From Gnetum montanum (lineage: Eukaryota > Plantae > Gnetophyta): a DNA stretch of 64,000 nt. A model generated the notes under the pieces. That model had not been told where the DNA came from, searched no databases, and saw only the letters and a list, made by a program, of their open reading frames with translations. Positions within the stretch are counted from its first letter, which is position 1; each line of letters opens with the position of its first letter. Shown in pieces: positions 22,425 to 34,900 of the stretch. The stretch lies in the NCBI GenBank assembly GCA_015680685.1, contig MNCI01000805.1, forward strand, positions 14,573-78,572. The letters run 5' to 3'. The translations under genes and the position numbers were made by a program.

Positions 22425-25400
22425 TGTAACACTCCTACTCTATACACCACCTACCCTTTGCTATGCTTGTTGTTTGAACATTTGATGTCTTGTTTGCTAA
22501 CCTATGTCTATCTTTATTGATCCATTTATTATACTAACTAAGGTTTTGTATGTGATGTGTCTAGCTATGTTCTTTTTTATTAGCCTTTTACTTTTCAAAT
22601 ATCATAAGGTTTATTTTTTTATTTTGATCCATTTTTTAAAATTATTTTAAATACATTTTTCATGTGGTATTATTTTTTGTAATTTTTTATATCTTTTGGT
22701 ATTTTAGATTATCTTTTAATTTAGCAAATGTAGACTAATCCCTTTTATTGGAGTTTTGAGTTAGTAGGTATTAAGCACTCGATGGGTCATCAATACATGG
22801 GGTACTGGTTTGGTTCAGTATGATTTTCTTAGATAACTTATTTTTTTCATAAATTATATTTTAAATATATTTTTTTAATTTTTACATATTTTTCTTTAGC
22901 TTATGCTTTAGAAGTTCTTGGGTTATCCTTTCATTAGCTATGCTTTTGGACCTTAGATCTTGTTATTGGATTGGGCTTAGACATAGCTATAAACTTGGGA
23001 TTAGACTAGGTTATTAACTTGTCCACCATTGCCAACCATAGCTACAATATAAGCTTAACCTTGATTCTACGAGAGAGCATCCTTTTGTCTTACCTTGCTC
23101 ACATTTAGAAGATAGAGCCATAGAGTATAGAGATAGATAGATCTAGATCTACACTATCAACGAGAACCTAAGGTAAGCCATATTTCTAGATCTCATTTCA
23201 TCTCACTTAGATTCCTTTGTTAATTTGTGGTCTTGCATAGAATCAGAGCCTACTTAAGAGATCAAATTCATGGAAGAATATTTTCTATATCACCATCACT
23301 TTCAAGTAGGATAATTTGGTGTTTTGATCCTTTGAGTTTTGATAATTTTGTTTTGTGCGTATTTGTTGATCGATTCTAATTGTTTAATAACTATTTGCTA
23401 TCTATGCTTGATTCCGTAATCTAAATATTTTAGTATTGTTTATTATGCTAGATATTTTTGAGATTTTATATCATGTATGGAACGTTAGTCAACGTTTTAA
23501 TCAAGTTTGACCATGTTTTGACTAGTTTTGATAGTATTTAGATTTGTTATGAATTTTACTATTAATTCAAATATAGAACTACCATTTTAGATTATTTTTT
23601 AAATTTTTTACTCTTGAAATGACCTCAAATGAAATCGGCCTAGAAGATAAAAATGCTTAGTTCACTAGCACAGATTACAAGGTACTCTTTCTAGTCCATC
23701 ATGACTTGGTTGTGAGGTCATGATGAGGTTGCTATGAATATTTAATTATGTTTTGGATTTCTTTTGCAAAATCAAAAAACATTTGTAAAGTGATCCATAG
23801 CCTTTGGACAAGAAAAAAAATTGTAAAAATAGCCAAAAGCATCATTTTAGGTGTCCTAGAACATTTAAAAACTTGAAATTAGTAACTGTTAGATTTTGGA
23901 AGTTGTAAGAGTCTAGAATGATCATACGAAGATTAGATACCATTCTTGAAATATTTTAATATTTTCTAGATATTTTTCTAAACTCACAATTGAGCTTAGA
24001 CCCCCTTTTGGCATTTAGAATCTTAATTTTTGCAATAATTTTGATCTATTTCTTATACCTATTAGTTTGAAATGTGAGGTTAAGGCTTATCATTCATGCA
24101 ACTCAAGATGGATTTTAGATTCACCTATAAACAATCTCTATGAGATTTATACGCACTAGGATTTGATTTGGATTAGTTGATTTTCTTGGATGGTTAGGCT
24201 CATCTCCCCACCATCTAGGAAATGTTTGTTCAATGTTGGATGTTGGATTTCAATTTGGTTTTACCAATTGTTTGATTATATATATGGTTTTTAGATTCAT
24301 TAATTATTATATATAGGATTTACTCATCAATTATTTATATGTGGCATTTATTTTCACTAGTCATATGTGGGATTCTGTCTTATGAATCACTTATATATGG
24401 GTTGTAGACTTATCAATTATCATATATGATATTTAGTCTCATCAATTATATATGGGTTTTAGGATCATCAATTTAGATGATACATGTGGATTTTAGATTC
24501 ATTATCATCAATATTTAGATTTGTTTGTTGGTTGAGTTATTGATGGTGGTGGGATTCTTAAATTATATCTAAGTGTTTACTTGACATTTAGTATGATTAT
24601 TGGTTTGGATTTTATGTTTGGTTTGGTTTGGCTAACATTTTTTCTACATATACCCATTTTCATAGCTATCTAGTTACCTAATGCCTTCAACAAAACCCAT
24701 AAGGGAGTATTTATTAGCTTTGTTTACCCTACTTAGTCTTAGAATTGCTTCCTTTTATTTTCTATGATGTTTTATGTGATTATGTTAGTTGTGATAAGGA
24801 TAAAGTAGAGGAGGAATCTGATAATTAATAATTATGTTCTAGTATTTAGTGCATTGGATTTATGATTTTACATGGTTTTTATTCTATGTAGCAATATTTA
24901 GTTGGAATTGTACATTTAGATTGCATTGGGTGTTTTGCTTGTCTTTGGTGTATGCCATTTAGTTTGGAATTCATTAAAATAAAATTTTAATTACTTTTAT
25001 TCAAATTTCTCAATTATGCAATGTTAAGGCCCAATGTCGTTTGGATGAGTATTTAATTTTATTTTTCATATTATGTGTGTGTGTGTATAGATATAGGATC
25101 ATATGTCTAGTTTTATGTTTCCATTTAATCATGCATCTTTTTAATTCAATTGTTATTTCTCTTATGAATATTTTTATTAATTTTGGATTAGGTAATAGGA
25201 TGAAAACTATTTCTATTAGTGAATAGATTAGGCTTTGAATGCATAGTGTTATTACCACTATTTTTGACAATGTTTTATATTTTGTTGTATTTTCTTGCCC
25301 TTATGTGCCTATAATTCTTAAGGATGCTTACTATGTTACTTGCCCATTTCTTTTGGTATTTTTATGGATTTATTACATAGTGTTATACTTAGCTGCATGC

Positions 25401-25458
25401 TTTATATTTTATTTAAATAATATGTTTCTAGCTTAAGCTTGGTTCGCAAAATGTTATA
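22425..25458 (+). mobile_element. Probable ~3 kb solo LTR (Tekay/chromovirus-like termini)
   Basis: Termini TGTAACA...TGTTATA form a 7-bp inverted repeat with one mismatch. Flanks GGAAT/GGATT give a 4/5 TSD. Internal TATAAG, AG|GTAAG donor near 23172, and a tandem atatgtggattttagattcatcaatt array at ~24280-24510. No coding domains. Confidence 0.6.
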
Positions 25459-26906
25459 GGATTTTCTCCTATCTTTGATGGAGACTTTGAAGACAATGAT
25501 CTTCATCAAAGCTAAGTATGACATTTTCAATTGTGCTAAAAACACTCTTCTTGTTAGTGATGAACATGCATTACTCTAATCATTTGTGGATTTGAAATAG
25601 CCTAGCAAATGAGTCCAGTTTCAAAGAAAAAATTGTCTTTACCATTTGAAGAATCTTAAGGAGCTTTTATGTATTCTTCCAAATTGCCAAATCAAATCAA
25701 AATCAAAGATAAAAAACCAATGTTAAATGTTATTATAAGCTTTTTGATAAATAGTGGATTCTCGGATACAAAAAACTCCAAGAATAGAGTCATTCTAGAT
25801 TTGGTTAATTCTATGGAGAAGCCATTATTAAGCAACTATGATGATAATTTAAGATCATTATAGTGATATTGCATGCTTAATTTTATTGCCAAATATTAGA
25901 TGTATTCTTTCTTTTGAAAATTATAGATTAGAATTCCATGATATATTCATAACACATAATAATGTGCTACTATTGCTAAATTTGGCTTCATCTTTTTAGC
26001 TGTTGGATTCTTCATGGTGGATGATGATCCTTCATTATAAGTAGAATCACTATGAAGTTTGGATTACAATAATAGTTATGGTAAAAATGGATTATATTCT
26101 CTATGATCTAAATGCTTTAGAGAGGTATACTTGATAATGTACTTTCTATAGAAGAATCACGCAAATTNAGATTGCATTAAATTTTATGACCTACAGAAGC
26201 ACTGTTAAGTATATTGTAGTGATAAATTTTATTAATATAAACCTTAGATCTAATAACATGTTAAGTTTTTTATGATTAATATGATCGAAAAAGTTCAAGA
26301 AATTAATAAATAATTATATTGGTTTTATTTAATATGAGATTAGATAGCATACAAACATTGTAGTATTTGTAAACACCATAGACATAGTTAAACATAAAAA
26401 AAATACAAGATTTGNGAGTTGAGATACTAAGTGCTGAAAGCAATTGAATTTGTAGCTAGAATTCTTTTAAGTTCATGCTTATAATTAAATGGAATGTAAA
26501 AATACAAAATATACCTTTAAATGTTATAATTAGGATTGCATTAAATGTTATGACCTACAGAAGCACTGGTAAGTATATTATAGTGATAAATTTTATTAAT
26601 ATAAACCTTAGATCTAATAACATGTTAAGTTTTTTATGATTAATATGATCGAAAAAGTTCAAGAAATTAATAAATAATTATGTTGGTTTTATTTAATATG
26701 AGATTAGATAGCATACAAACATTGTAGTATTTGTAAACACCATAGACATAGTTAAACATAAAAAAAAAAAAAGATTTGTTAAAATAAGAAGTTATCTAAG
26801 ATGAAAAAAAAGTTCATACTCAAAGCTTATCTTGAATTATACTATATACTTTCATAGGCTTGTAATTTCTTATAGGTATCTATAAATCCATTGTAACTAA
26901 CATGTT

Positions 26907-27805
26907 TGATGAGTGGTCAAGGTACCCCTATGCCCAACCATATGAATCATGAAGCATTCAAGCATGATTCGGTCGAATTCCATAGAATCTATGTCTTCCA
27001 GTACACTAGTCTTCTAGGAAGTGAACTTTGTCTTAAGAGTCATTCGTTGTCTTCTCAATTACACTTGTGATGCACAAAGGTATGGTGAAGTGTAATTGAG
27101 GCATATAATTTTTATTATTTTATGTTTTATGTTCTTAGTGTTTGAAATATAGAAATGAAGTAATTTAATAACTAATTAACTAATCTCTAACTAGTCCTAA
27201 CACAAGCATCTAGTCCTACTTTTTGTACATGTCCTGAACCCACGTATCGACTATTGGGATTACCAAGCGCTATGCTACTAGGCGAACCAAGCAATAACAT
27301 TGCTGGGATTACCAAGTGAATACATTTCTATGCTTGAAGTAGTTGTACTTGTGTGTTTAATTTATTTAGCTTAATTAATTAACTAATCACTTGAGGTCTA
27401 TTTTAGCTTAATTAATTACATGATTAGTGAAAATAATAAATGAATCATTAATCTATTCCAATTGTTGCAAGGTTTAATAAAAAGGCTCATCTTTATTGCC
27501 ATTCACAATAGTATGTTCAGGTACAATAGTGCTCAAATAAAGATCCATACACTTATTGACTCTTGCTATAGGCACTCAGAGAAATATTCTAACTCTCAAT
27601 TGAAAAAACTATAAGAGCTCTACTACAACTATGACTTGACCACCAATAAACATGGTTGGTGAGCATGTATTTATAGATTTTATTATAGCACTATGTTGAT
27701 AGGGCCTCATAGATGCAGCAAATGTTGTATTAATATGGCCAACACCACATTGATGGGACTACGACGATGAGGGTCTTGTCAATGTGACATAACAACGATT
27801 CATCA
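26907..27805 (-). repeat. Element B 3' LTR
   Basis: Homologous to 51826-53013. On the - strand it is preceded by CTTGAGGATGAGTTTTCATTCAATCACAGAGGTA, a decayed version of element C's PPT region. Confidence 0.9.
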
Positions 27806-27969
27806 TACCTCTGTGATTGAATGAAAACTCATCCTCAAGTTCCTTTACAAAATTGGGAAGGTATGGGATTATTATTTGGCTATTAACATAACAAACTAAC
27901 TTTGACAAAACTGAGTGCTTGAGTGTACACATCAACAACATTACAAAAATTATGGTGTTCATGATACAA

Positions 27970-28859
27970 AATTGAACATAATGGCATGACTAATCAAAAC
28001 TCGATAGCACATCCTCTGATGGGATGAAGGAGGTTGATAAGACTAGACAATCCTAGGTAGTAGAGGTTCATGAGGTTTTGAAGGACCTTCACTAGCTTCA
28101 GGTACATGCGATGGTTGAGCTAGCTATGGTTGTCCTACTATGGCTGTAGCCTCTGGTGGAAGACAAAAGACATCTAGTAATGCCTTCATTTTCTCCTCCT
28201 TACTCTGGGGTTCATTCATAGTTGACATGGCATCGCCAATGTGAGCTAGAATAGGGATATCCACAAATAGGACATTACTGGGAACAATTGTTTAACATTG
28301 AAAACCCAGGTAGCAAATTTTTTATGTTTGACATTGAATGCCTTGATTGTGTTTTGCAACTCATGGTTGTCATTCATTATTTTGGCTATGTTCTCTATAG
28401 TAGATCTCTAATCAGTGTATTTCTCCTTAAGAACCTCGAGTTCTGTGTTTGCCACCACAAGCATTTTCTTGGTGTCCTTTTGATGCTTGAACTTGACCTT
28501 GTATAACAAGTATGATCTAGCAACTTGCTTCTCCAATTCTAATCATGGCCATTTAGTAGTTAACATAGAGAGATTTTCATATTAGAGATTGTCAAACTTC
28601 ATGTATTCTATCATCTTCTCAATTTGCAACTCCTTCATCATGTAGATTTCTACCTTATTGTAGGCATATATCCCATCAATGATAGGTTGCCAAACTTCTC
28701 TTCTTTGTTGGAGTTGCGAGACGGTTTTATTTACTTTTTCCTTCACCAACTAGATGTGTTTTTTATTAACTTATTTTTGTAGACCAACTTGATCTTTGTA
28801 ATGATCCTTGAATATCTTAAATTTGAGAGCCTCTAATTTCTAGGCAACTACCTCTATTG
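27970..28859 (-). pseudogene. Distal, coiled-coil-like part of the element B env-like ORF (beyond the C insertion)
   Basis: - strand reading rich in E/K/Q/L (..LELEKQVARS..ELEVLKEKY..NDNHELQNTIKAFNVK..) with stops; contiguous with 36494-38530 once C is removed. Boundaries approximate. Confidence 0.5.
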
Positions 28860-28864
28860 TAGTC

Positions 28865-29933
28865 TGATGAGTGGCGAGGTACCCCTACACTCCACCATAA
28901 GAAACGAGCGTACACGCGCGATCCGGTCGAACTCCGCAGACTAAATGCCTTAACGCCACAAGAAACACTTGGGGTTAATCGTTCGTTGTCTTCCTAGGCT
29001 TGCTTGTAAGTGTCACGGTGTATGGTTAAGCAAGTCTGAGGTATTGTAGTCTGAGGCTTGCTTGGTTATCCGTTCCCACTTACCGGACACACCCTGAACT
29101 ATGCAACTGCAACTCTAACTAAGATCTAAGTCTAATTTAACTAGCGTCAGCATCCGTTCCCACTTGCCGGACACACCCTGAACTATGCAACTGCAGCTTA
29201 CCAAACGCTAATCGTTACTGGGATCGCCACACGTAACGCAAGTGCTCGAAGTGGTCGTACTGAGGCACCTATTTAGCCTACGTGTGATAAGCAGCCGATT
29301 CCTTAGCCAGCCGTACACACCCGTGGGTGCTCGTAACTAAGTCGTACTTATCACACGATCTAGCCTAGCAATGAGCAGCCGATTCCTCAACTAGCCGTAC
29401 ACATTAGACCCGGGAGTTACCAAGCGCAGAATCCTGGAATACGCTACTGGGTTACCAAGCATCCAATGCTCGTAATTGAGTCGTACTCATGCATTGCGTC
29501 AAGCAGCCGATTCCTTGACTAGCCGTACACGTCCGTAGACGCTCGTAATCAAGTCGTACTTGAACGCACTAGGAAAGCAGGAAAGAAAGCAATAAATGAA
29601 ACCACGTGCTGCAAGGTTTATCCAAACAAGTTCGTCTTTATTGCCGTACACAACTTGGGTTCAGGTTACAAGCTGCTCGAATAAAGAGCCGTTCACTCTA
29701 GGACTCCTACTGCGGGCACATGGGGAAAAATTCTAACTCTGGAGTGATCAATCTGCCAGAGCTTCGCTACACTAGCCAGGATTGGGAAATGAAGGGAGTG
29801 CCGCCTCTTATTTATAGATATGGCGGCGGGACGCGATATCACGTACGCGATATCGCAAGAGAAGACGTGATATTGCGTATGCGATATCGCATGGGACGCG
29901 ATATCGCGGCCTAGTGCAAGTCGCGTCTCATCA
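28865..29933 (-). repeat. Element C 3' LTR
   Basis: TGATGAG...CTCATCA; TATAAATA on the - strand at 29809-29816; three internal agcagccgattcct..gccgtacac subrepeats. Confidence 0.95.
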
Positions 29934-29972
29934 TACCCCCATGACTGAATGAAAACTCGTCCTCGAGTTCCT
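29934..29972 (-). promoter_or_regulatory. Element C polypurine-tract region
   Basis: On the - strand, GGAACTCGAGGACGAGTTTTCATTCAGTCATGGGGGTA abuts the LTR TG; an Athila-type CTCGAGGACGAG..GGGGG signature. Confidence 0.8.
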
Positions 29973-31762
29973 TACAATGATATCAGGTAGGTATGGGATT
30001 ATTAGGGGAAATGGAACTAATGGGATGACATGTGAACGGTCTTTATTACAAGACTTGACAAAAACTGGTGTTCATGACAACATGGGTGAACACCTTATTA
30101 CAATGACATCAGGCCACAGTTGGCAGCTGAGAGAAAAGAGGAGAGAGAATAGAAGAGAAGAAGAGAGAAGAGTCTTGTTGCTGCCAACGCCTAGATTGCG
30201 CCTTTCGTTGTCCATCTGTAAGCGCATTATCAATTCCACTCCTTGCATGCTGCTTCAGCGCTGCTCCATTCCAAGTGTCTGCTCCAGATCCATTCCGTTG
30301 TTGTATGATTGCCATCTGCACACACAACACAATCATATATTAGCAAGGGTAATTGAATCATTAAGTAAAGCATACCTTGCTTCGGTTTAGGTTCCTTGGC
30401 TAAGTTGTGGTATGGCTAATATGGATCTGGGAAAATGTAGATGATGACTACCGAAGGTATAGGGGTTAGGAAGAAAAACGAAAAAATCCGGGGCTTAGGA
30501 TAAAAATCGAAAAATCAGGCCCCGTACCCCCATGACTAATCGCGAACCTCCGGTAGCGTTAGAATGGAGAGAGAAAAGGAATAGGAATGATAGGTAAAAA
30601 GGGACAACTATGGCATCGATAAAAAGGATGTCATGATGGAAATGAACAAAAATGTTAATTAATTGCAAAACGTTAAGGAAAAGAAGTTAACTAATGTTCC
30701 AAATAGGAATGTCAGTGGGTCCTCCCCAAAGCAGGCTCATGCCCTTAATGCCCTGACAATCCCACATTCAAAGAGTCCGTGGGCTCTGGGAATGTCCTTT
30801 GGAACAAGAGTTAAAGTCTTAACCGTAAGAATTTACCAAAAAGAAAACAAAGCATCAACCAAAGTATATACAATGATACAACCGGCAATGAGGTGAACAA
30901 TGGAGAGAAGGATGGGAAGAAGAGAAGTGGAATGGAATCCCAAGAACAAGGTGGTGTACAGCCCCTTGTGTGTTTCATGATTAATGTGACTTGGCGAATC
31001 TCATTCCAACTCTGGCCTCAAACCAACCACTTCCAGTGACTTCGCATCAATGCAGTTGGTTAAATCATCCACTTGGGTAACAAGGATGCAACTTCGAGAA
31101 GCCACCACCATTCCGACGAAACAACAGAGAGAATGGGAAGCGAGAAGGGCCTTAGTTAGAGGGAACACTTTGGTTCCATAACCAGTGCTTGTAGCCCAAA
31201 TTTATTCCGTCTAAGGGGTGTGCTTTGAATCCTCACTTTTAGCTTTTTAGCTTCTTCTTTCTCTTTTTTTTTCTTCTTTTTCTTTTTTCCATTTTTTTTT
31301 TTTTTTTTTTTGTTTTGTGTTTTTATGCGTGGGGACCACACCATGCAAAGACTTCTTTATTTTTATTGTCTCAGCTTCCGATTATTGGGTTACATCGGAA
31401 CGGTAAGAAAACCCAAGAAGAAAACATCCAAGCACCCAAGTGAATGACCAACACAAGAGCACCAAGTTCCCTTGAAGTCACACCCTTTTCAAATCCTTGA
31501 GTCCTTCCTTAGTTTGAGAAATGCCCAGTCACTGGTTCGTTAAAGTTCTTATTGGAAGGGAACTGTACATTTCCAAGCCAAGGGAAACCATAGACTTGAT
31601 GGATGGATGGATGAAGTGATCTCATTGCCTGCCATATCAAAAGAACATACCTTAGTATCAACAATGTAACTTAAAGGTAAAAACCAAACATTAGCAATTA
31701 ATGAAAAACAGTTCATCCCATCGGCCCGAACACTTATTGGGTGACGAATTTACATGATGGAT

Positions 31763-31787
31763 CACACACACACACACACACACACAA
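31763..31787. repeat. (CA)n microsatellite
   Basis: About 11-12 CA units. Confidence 0.9.
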
Positions 31788-31963
31788 AAAGATAGAAAAA
31801 TATAACGATGTTGTAAAACAAAAACAAGAAAAGTTAAAGAAATTTGTAAAACAAAAATTAGAAAAGTTAAAGAAATTGTAAAACAAAAATGTGAAAAACA
31901 AAAACGTTGTAAAACAAAAATGTGTAAAACAAAAACTGAAAAAGAACTGAGGGCCCCATATGA

Positions 31964-34900
31964 TTAGCATAGGTGGCCATCTCCCCCATGACTGAGTTGT
32001 GAGGGAGAGATCCGAAGTAGTGAGCGCCTATTTGAATTTCTAAGCAGTGCCCAACTTCTCCCAAATGATGATCTTAGATTCAGGGGTGGAAGTTGGCGAC
32101 GCTCACGTTCCAATGTGTCTATGCCACGGTTGTTGGCATGAGTTTCCTCAGTTCGTTCCATGCATATTTGTTTGCCCTTATGAGAAGCTGTCAACCACGG
32201 GGTGTCTACTACTTCTTGTGTGGTTGCTACATACAGGCATCTTTGTTGCAGAGTTTCCTGGGCACACCTGTGACATGGAGACATTTCCTCCGTGTCATCA
32301 CCCGATGAATCACTGTATGTGATGCATGGAACTATCCTCTTCTCGATCTTTCCACATATGTTTATCTTGGAGATTTCCAAGGAAAGATCACGGATCCTAA
32401 GGCATGCATCTACTGTGCTTAGCCATGCCCTTCCCATTATAATTGGGAAGTCCCCTTCGTTGTTGTTAACATCGATCACTAGGAAGTCTGCTGGGTAGGA
32501 CCAACCACACACAGTGGTGATAACGTCCTCCACCAAACCCAATGGGATGGCAATGGACTGGTCTGCCAGCTCCAGTTGAATGTTGCTCTTCTTAAGTTGG
32601 GGCAGGTTCCAGGCGTGATACATCTTTCGCGAAATTAAGTTGACTCCGGAACCTGAGTCAAGAAGAGCTCGATGTGGCGCATTCCCAGCGATCTGCAAAT
32701 GAATAAAGGGACTCCCAGGGTCAGTTAGTTTCCTGGGAAGGTGGCCTACCTTGATCCAGTCAGTTACGGTATGTGTTAGCATAACCGTATGCGTTACATT
32801 CCCTTGGACTGAAGGGTGCTCCGAAGTGTTAGTAGTTAGAGGCCTATACATATACCCGTCCGCTTGTTGTTGCGAGAGCCTATCCGGGCTCCTAGTTCTG
32901 AAAAAGGGTCTCCTTTTTGTACAGTTATCGCCAGAACTAGTGTCCGGTTGGATATTTACACTCTGAATATTTACAGATCTCGCGGCGTGACGTTGCTGCG
33001 GTTGGGTAGGTAATTCCCCTTGCATTGTTGGAGCAGGAGGTGTTATGGGAACTACTTGAGGAAAAGGTGCGGGTGGAGTTAGAGGATGGACAGAATGTGG
33101 AATGTCTCCCGGAGGAGAAGGAGTCCTTCTGAAGTACTCCCGAGCGTAGTAGTGACGGCGTGGAGTGTGACTCATAGCGTCACCTGGAGAAACTGGCTGC
33201 TGCACATAATAACCATAAGGATCAGGCTGCCGGTAAGGGTATCGATGTGTTGGCTGTGGCATCCCCCATGACTGTGGGTATTGCCACTGCTGATGTTGCT
33301 CGATGGGCTGCGGAGGTGTTCCACTTGGATAATACGTCAAGGGTTGGTGGAACTGCCTCGGGTTACCTTGTGGATAAGGTAACCTTCTGGGTGTTTGCCG
33401 TTGATTAAGTCTTGGATTTAATGCATACACCCCAGACTCCTGCAGATGTGAGATAATTGGACAACATCCCTTAGGATGGTCATAATAGCAGACCTCACAT
33501 CCACCGTCATTGTCTGAATCAGAATTTTCAGCCTCATCGGAGTTAGAGATTTTTCCCTTACCCTTGTTATGTGCAGGGTTAAAGTTTCTCCGCTTGTCTT
33601 TGCTTTTATCACTACTTTGCTCATCCTTAGACTCTTCTACAATTTTCAGGACTGTTTCTATTCGTGAGTCTAAGGAATCCCACATTTGGTCTACCTTAGC
33701 CGATACCTCCGTTGTTAACTTTTGGATCGGCACAGTTTTCCTGTTCACCAACTCTTCGAGTGGTGACTCATCCTCCTCATCACAGAATTTCACTCCCTTC
33801 TTACGAAGGGAGGGATCACGGTTGTATTCCTCCGCACTTTCTCTTTTCCGTAGCTCACCCTCTTCTTGCGCTACTTGTTCCAACAATACTTCAACTTCAT
33901 GGGCTCTTAGTTGGGAGAGTCTCCCTTGGGCGTAAGTCCCAAGAGTTCTTCTCGTTTCATTTCGTAGCCCATCCACGAGGTGGCGAAGTTGATCCCGCTT
34001 AGCGTACCCATGGCCCGGGCAACGATGTAGCAATGTGTAGTAACGGGCCATGGCAGCATCCAAGGATTCATGAGCTCCTTGTTTCCAGCCTTGGATCTGC
34101 TTACGCAAGTTAGACACTCTGGAGTACGTTTGATATTTGTTGTTGAACAATTCAAGCATCGTACTCCACCTCCTGATGGTTTCCGGTTCTAAGGACCGGT
34201 ACCAGCTTTCTGCTTCTTTAGTGAGTGTCCTTGGGAACAACTTGAGTTTCTGCCACTCATTGTCTATGTTCTGCAAGGCACAGGCATCGTGGAATGCCTG
34301 TAAATGATGTTGAGGATCAGCGTTGTATCCCCCTTCAAAACGTGGGATATTATTTATGTCCAAACGCTTGATCCTACTGTCTTTTAAATGCCTTGTGGGA
34401 ATCCTAACTGCCTCTCTAATATCAAGCATACTTCGGGTTGCGAATAGGGGTTCGTCATGATCATCTCTTTCATGACGTCTGTGATGTCTACGTGGTGGTT
34501 CCCTATTCTCCCTACGTCCTTGCCCTTGTCCTAACTCCTCTCGACCTTCCTGTCGAGGCATTTCATCTCTTTTACCTTTACTCTCCGCGTTATGCTCATG
34601 GTGGCTGCGCCCAGATGTGGAAGGAGAGGGTGAATGATGAGATGAAGGAGAAGAAGAAGGGGATCCATCACCATGGTGATGTTTCTTGCCTTCTCTTCGG
34701 CTGCTTCGGCCCCGATCGTTGTGACGATCAACGAGTCCGTCATTAGTGTGAGTAGTTGTTCCTGCCGTGAACAGCTGGTGCTCACGGGGATCAGAGCCTG
34801 GAATATGTATCGTTGATCTAAGGCCCTGATGCCTAACCTCTTCACTAGAGTGAGGAGGAGGAACATCATTTTCTAAGAAACCCATCGTGAGGGGTTCCTC

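Noticed and set aside
26168-26778. ~246-bp near-identical direct repeat
   Set aside because: The first copy is bounded by n at 26168 and 26415, so it is most likely a gap-filling or haplotype artefact.
31156-31970. Lys-rich and Phe-rich ORFs
   Set aside because: Translations of poly-T, A-rich and (CA)n tracts in element C's 3' non-coding region.
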